Assembly: GCA_951406725.2 (NCBI GenBank)
Contig: OX597839.1
Coordinates: 19,344,001-19,408,000, forward strand
From: Octopus vulgaris
Lineage: Eukaryota
Reading direction: 5' to 3'
DNA: 64,000 nt
The notes beneath the pieces are model-generated. The model saw nothing but the letters and a program-made list of their open reading frames with translations. It ran no database searches and was not told where the DNA came from. The position numbers and the translations under genes were made by a program. This document shows, piece after piece, positions 58,595 through 64,000 of this stretch; within the stretch, counting starts at the first letter, position 1, and each line of letters begins with the position of its first letter.

Positions 58595-58822
58595 TGTGTG
58601 TGTGCGTGTGCGTGTGTGTGTATAAATACAGATATGCCTATACTAGAAAGGATTATTATTTCAGTCTGCCCCCCCCTCTCTCTCTATCTATCTATCTATT
58701 TCTCGCTCCCTTCTCGAGTCTATTTCTGATCCATGACCGCTGTACCTGTCATTTTCTCTATACAATTGTACATCTGTTTCTCTGTTTGCCCTTCACTCTT
58801 TACTTCTCATTCTATGCCTTTC

Positions 58823-58928
<106 letters not shown>

Positions 58929-59173
58929 TTATATATGTATATATATGTATGTGTATATACATATATATATATGAGCCTGTGTGTCTATGCGTGTGTGTGT
59001 GTGTGTGTATGTGTGTTTGTATGCATGTATTACGTATGTCTGTATATATGTACATATTTATATGTATATATATATATACATATATATATATAGATAGATA
59101 GATATAGAAATATATACACAAATATATATGCACATCTATACAAAGACGTACCTTTGCTTATATGAACATACAA

Positions 59174-59252
<79 letters not shown>

Positions 59253-59665
59253 TGTGTGTGTTGTATTTTTGCATGTACGAAAATAATGAATAGCTGGGGA
59301 TTTCGTCTCGCAGCATAAGCAATTGAAATTAATGTTTTATATTAACTGAAATAGCATATATAATTATACGACCATTCAGAGCCTAATCTAACTGAGCTCC
59401 GGAGCAAACGATTAAAACAGCTGTACAACAAAACAACAATCACCACCCGCCATGTATATATACATAATATAACGTGACGTGACATTAGGAGTTTTGTATG
59501 AAGTGGATGCCACAAGACTATCAGATTAAATGCTGTGACAGCCATGACAGTACTTGGAATATTGATATATGGACTATAGGCATATGTGTGTATATGTGTG
59601 TATCTTTGTGTCTATGTATATGTGTGTATATAAATTAATCTAATACGTATGTGTATGTATGTATG

Positions 59666-59700
<35 letters not shown>

Positions 59701-59775
59701 ATACACATATGTGTGTGTAAATATGTATATCTATATATATATTTGCGTGTGTATATGTATGTGACTATATGTAAC

Positions 59776-59825
<50 letters not shown>

Positions 59826-59919
59826 CTATATATATTTATCTATATACATATATACATTATACATATACGTTATATTATATATAAATTACATATATATACA
59901 TTATAGTTATATTAGATAC

Positions 59920-59952
<33 letters not shown>

Positions 59953-60001
59953 TATATACATCTAATGTATATATTACATATATACATACATCTAATATAT
60001 T

Positions 60002-60036
<35 letters not shown>

Positions 60037-60064
60037 ACATATATATACATATAATATATATATA

Positions 60065-60106
<42 letters not shown>

Positions 60107-60222
60107 AGATATATATACATGTAATATTATATATATACACACACACATATATATATATATAATAAAAACACACACATATATATGCTACTGAAATACATCT
60201 TACACGCTCACATATATACACA

Positions 60223-60266
<44 letters not shown>

Positions 60267-60763
60267 TCTATTTTAACTGCGGGATATCGCAGATTAATAC
60301 ATAAATCATCTCGCTTTTGTGCTGTTGATATACAATTATACAATGATAAATAAACACAAATACAAAAGCGACATAGAGAAGAAAAATATTAACATGAAGA
60401 TTTACCATCGTAGCTTTCATTTATAAAACCGCAAACAGCATCACAAATACCACAACCACCACCACCACCACAACAACAACAACTACCACTATTATAAACT
60501 AATCGTCTTCCGGATCATATACATTGACACAGAGATCGCTTTCTCCGGATTATGCGGCCTGGCGTGGGTGAAATCCAAGCATTCCCATGGATATTATTCT
60601 TCTAATTACAGACTTAAACATCATCAACTGCCACTAAGCATTTGGATTACAGCAGATGTTTGCAATATTTTGTGACATTCGACCGTCCTTGATCGACGAT
60701 ATTTATAATCATGAGGGGCACCCAAAAGAAACCGGAATTTTGCCATAGTATTTTATTCCGTTA

Positions 60764-61174
60764 ATGTGAAGTATATTGGCCATCTAAATATGGCTAACCA
60801 CTAAGGGTGGATGTTACTGTAGCTTGTAGCCCTAGGAGAACATCTTCCTCGCAAAGTCACTGGAAAAAGGATATATGTATTTGCATGGGGACCCTTCCAT
60901 CGAAAACCGGTGATTGTCGTGCGCTGATGACGGGTCAATACCCAGAAACTGCAGTCCGTGCGTATCACTTAGGTTGATGAGGGAAGGATGACCTCCCTTT
61001 GCAAATACCGATAGGGCACAGAAAGTGTGTCAATAGCCAGCTGGAGAAGATGTTCTCCTGGGGCTACAAGCTACAGTAACATCCACCCTTAGTGGTTAGC
61101 CACATTTAAGTGGCAAATATACTTCACATTGTTGTGCAGCTACTGTCTATACCTCGTTCAGATATTTATTATTG
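60764..61174 (+). mobile_element. Hammerhead-bearing element with 85-bp inverted repeats and a 14-bp TSD-like duplication
   Basis: IR 60763-60847 and 61046-61130; ATTTTATTC(C/A)GTTA at 60750-60763 and 61175-61188. Confidence 0.8.
60918..60962 (+). ncRNA. Minimal type I hammerhead ribozyme motif
   Basis: CGTGCG-CTGATGA-C-GGGT(CAAT)ACCC-A-GAAAC-TGCA-GTC|CGTGCG. Confidence 0.75.
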
Positions 61175-61930
61175 ATTTTATTCAGTTAGTTTTGCATGTT
61201 TACACTTTTATAGCTTTCAAATTATTCTCTATTTGAAGCAATACATTCATCCAGGTACGTTTTCCACTATTCGAAGCAGTGCTGGATATCTTGTGAAGTG
61301 ATGCCTTTTAACGCCTCTGTGGCTTTTTTCTTCACCTCTTCCACAATCTGCAAATTTCGTAGCACCAGCTTCTGTCACCAGGGTCCGGATCAATTTCCAA
61401 CTGTTCTTTCGGTTCACGACATGCATTCAGTCGTGACTGTTTTCGATCTTCTGTGAGCAAGCGAGGCACAAATCTTGCTGCAACTCTTTTCATTCGCAAT
61501 TCCTCGTTCAAAAATTCATTGGCAGGAGCTCCAGGACACACCAGTCATGTCAACAACTTCGTCAATTATTCGGTGACGGCCCTCAAAGATCAGTTCATGA
61601 ATTTTCATGATGTTTTCATTCGTTCGAGAGGTCGACAGTTGCCCTGAACGAGGTTGATCCCCAAGCGGCAAGTGACCATTCCTAAAGAGTGGGAACCACT
61701 CGTAAACATGTGTTTTGCTGTTTGAAACATGACAACTGTTTCGGCCACCATTTTCCTCAGCATAAAACATAATTTCACGGAAGCACGTTGTTCCTTCCCT
61801 TCAACCATCGCAAAAAACAGATACGCCATGTGGCAGTACGACACTACTCAATGATGCCGGTTGGCGGACTGATGCCTGAGGGTCACATCAACTGACTTCT
61901 AGCGGCGGAAACCTGATCTACTACGGGTTT

Positions 61931-62430
61931 AGAAATAATATATTTCTAAATCTCTCAGAGGGATTTATGCAGTAGGAGCAGGATAAAGTTACAGGAAATT
62001 GTCAACTTAATGTGGCAGTCCCATAAAAGGGAAGAATGCTACTGTTATTTAACCCTAGGATACACCGTTTCCTATTGGACTTAACACATTTCCTGTGTCC
62101 TTATGCTTTCAAAGTGGAGACAGGCACCGCCACCCAGCAAAACCAGCACCCAGAGACTAGTTTCAGAGTCATTGCTCATCATCAGTCCAGAGTAGCATGG
62201 CTTGCTAGCTGTCGATACCTATCTGCCTTCGAAAACATATATTTCAAGCGAAATACATTCACTGATATTTGAAAATAGAAATAATATATTTCTAAATATC
62301 TCAAAGAGATTTACGCAGTAGCAGCAGGATAAAGTGATAGCATGTTGTCAACTTAATATGACAGTCCCATAAAAGGGAAGAATGCTACTGTTATTTAGCC
62401 CAAGGTAACACCGTTTCCTGTGTCCTTATG
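61931..62430 (-). mobile_element. Partial-tandem (346-bp period) hammerhead-bearing element
   Basis: 61931-62105 repeated at 62277-62430; hammerhead lies between the copies. Confidence 0.78.
62149..62191 (-). ncRNA. Minimal type I hammerhead ribozyme motif
   Basis: TCTGGA-CTGATGA-T-GAG(CAATGA)CTC-T-GAAAC-TA-GTC|TCTGGG; palindromic ACTAGT helix III. Confidence 0.7.
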
Positions 62431-62733
62431 AAGGGGGTGATAAATGAAATTCACCTGGTTAATTTTACGTCGAGATAAGAACTTTGGAACAAATTGACCA
62501 ACGCTTAGAATTCAACTTGGAAATAAAACAACAGAATGATTTGCATTACAGAATTAATTCTATCCACCCTTAACCTCTGATCAAAGAACATCGGAGCATA
62601 TACCCATAGACGTATTACAGTCATGCTATTTAGCCGTCTCCAGTTTTGGGCCGCAGGCCCAATTAGGCTTCCGCAGGGGCTCGCTTAAAAGCCATACAGA
62701 GTGGGGCTTTTTTACACACACACACACATACAG

Positions 62734-62771
<38 letters not shown>

Positions 62772-62775
<4 letters not shown>

Positions 62776-63068
62776 CCGTCCCCGACCTGGCTATCAGATG
62801 TTTCACATCGCTGGTCACAATGCGTTTCGCATTGTTTTTAGCCTTCCAATGACGCCACCACGCTGGCTAAGCGAGCAGGCCAACAGAAGAGTGAGAGAAA
62901 GTTGTGGCAAAATAGTACAGCAGGGATCGCCACCACCCCCTGCCAGAGAATCGTGGAGCTTTAGGTGTTTTCGCTCAATAAATACTCACAACGCCCGGTT
63001 TGAGAATCGAAACTGCGATCCTACGACTGCGAGTCCGCTGTCCTAATCACTGGGCCATTTCGCCCCCA
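62772..63068 (-). mobile_element. SINE family A, tail type b
   Basis: Reverse complement of the 24425 element. Confidence 0.88.
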
Positions 63069-63093
63069 CATGTGTGTGTGTGTGTGTGTGTGT

Positions 63094-63132
<39 letters not shown>

Positions 63133-63137
63133 ACTAG

Positions 63138-64000
63138 AAGCTGGAAAAACTTCATCTGCAGACTAACATGAAAACCTCCATTGAAAATCAAAGAGCTGTG
63201 GAGGAACAATGGGTAATCAAAAACATCAAACAGAACCCAAAAGTGTTCTATTCTTATGCAAATAAGCATAGAACCACTGTCTCACCTATTGGGCCATTGA
63301 TTGATGAAAACGGCATTCCCCAACACGATGCTAAAGAAATGGCAGAAATACTGCAGAAACAATATTGCTCTGTCTTCAGTGTTCCCACTGATATTGATGT
63401 GAGGGAAACGAACGAAGCTGACTCCCAACACAAAATCGCAGACATAACCTTCACTGCCACCGACATCGTAGCAGCAATAAATGAGGTCAAACATTACTCC
63501 GCTGTAGGCCCTGATAGATTTCCCGCCAGTCTCCTGAAGGAATGTAGATATCAACTTGCAGTCCCTCTGACCAACCTCTGGAGAAACTCGTTAGACGCAG
63601 GTTATATACCGAAAAAGTTTCTATCCCAGTCGGTCATCCCGGTTTTCAAACAGGGAAACAGATCCCTCGCAGTCAACTATCGCCCAATCTCACTCACCTC
63701 CCACATCATTAAAGTGTTTGAAAGAGTGTTAAGATCAAGGATAGCTGACTTCCTGGAGACCCACAAACTCCTAAATTCAAATCAACATGGCTTTCGCTGT
63801 GGCAGGGACTGTCTAACACAGCTCTTACACCACATTGAAGATGTACTCAAAGCCTTGGGAACAGGTTCGAACTCTGACGTCATATACCTTGACTTCAGTA
63901 AAGCGTTCGACAGGGTAGACCATAACATCCTACTCTCAAAATTGGCAAATGTTGGAATCCGTGGAAAAGTTCTACACTGGATTCAGTATTTCCTAGCGAA
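63138..64000 (+). CDS. CR1-type LINE ORF2 reverse transcriptase, 5'-truncated, open to the window end
   Basis: Stop-free frame of 287 codons, absent from the ORF track: KQNPKVFYSY, GPDRFP..LLKEC, NYRPISLTSHIIKVFE, NQHGFRCGRDCLTQL, DVIYLDFSKAFDRVDH. Confidence 0.93.

Larger units (their letters stand above)
60711..61900 (-). mobile_element. Internally deleted mariner transposon relic, interrupted by 60764-61174
   Basis: EQRASVKLCF, VYEWF..FRNG...DQPRSG, KRVAARFVPRLLT, GDRSWCYE motifs; end ATGAGGGGCACCCAAAA at 60711. Confidence 0.88.

Overview
Repeat-saturated, AT-rich eukaryotic DNA with no recognisable host protein-coding gene. The SINE repertoire and microsatellite load point to an octopus (coleoid cephalopod) intergenic or intronic region; that assignment is inference. 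Nearly all track ORFs are microsatellite read-throughs. Supportable features are four tRNA-headed SINE families, non-autonomous Helitrons, a Helentron/HINE-like element, three Tc1/mariner relics, a Tx1/L1-type LINE fragment, two CR1-type LINE segments (one stop-free to the window edge) and long simple repeats. The most interesting signal is a set of about a dozen short non-coding elements carrying type I hammerhead-ribozyme motifs (CUGANGA...GAAAC-palindrome-GUH). They occur as long hairpins, inverted repeats or ~347-bp partial tandems, often within (TA)n. One ~195-bp hairpin element is present twice, 18 kb apart, with a hammerhead on each strand sharing one helix-I strand at the apex. Together they look like a Penelope-derived or retrozyme-like system of self-cleaving mobile RNAs. 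All folds were read by eye and activity is untested.
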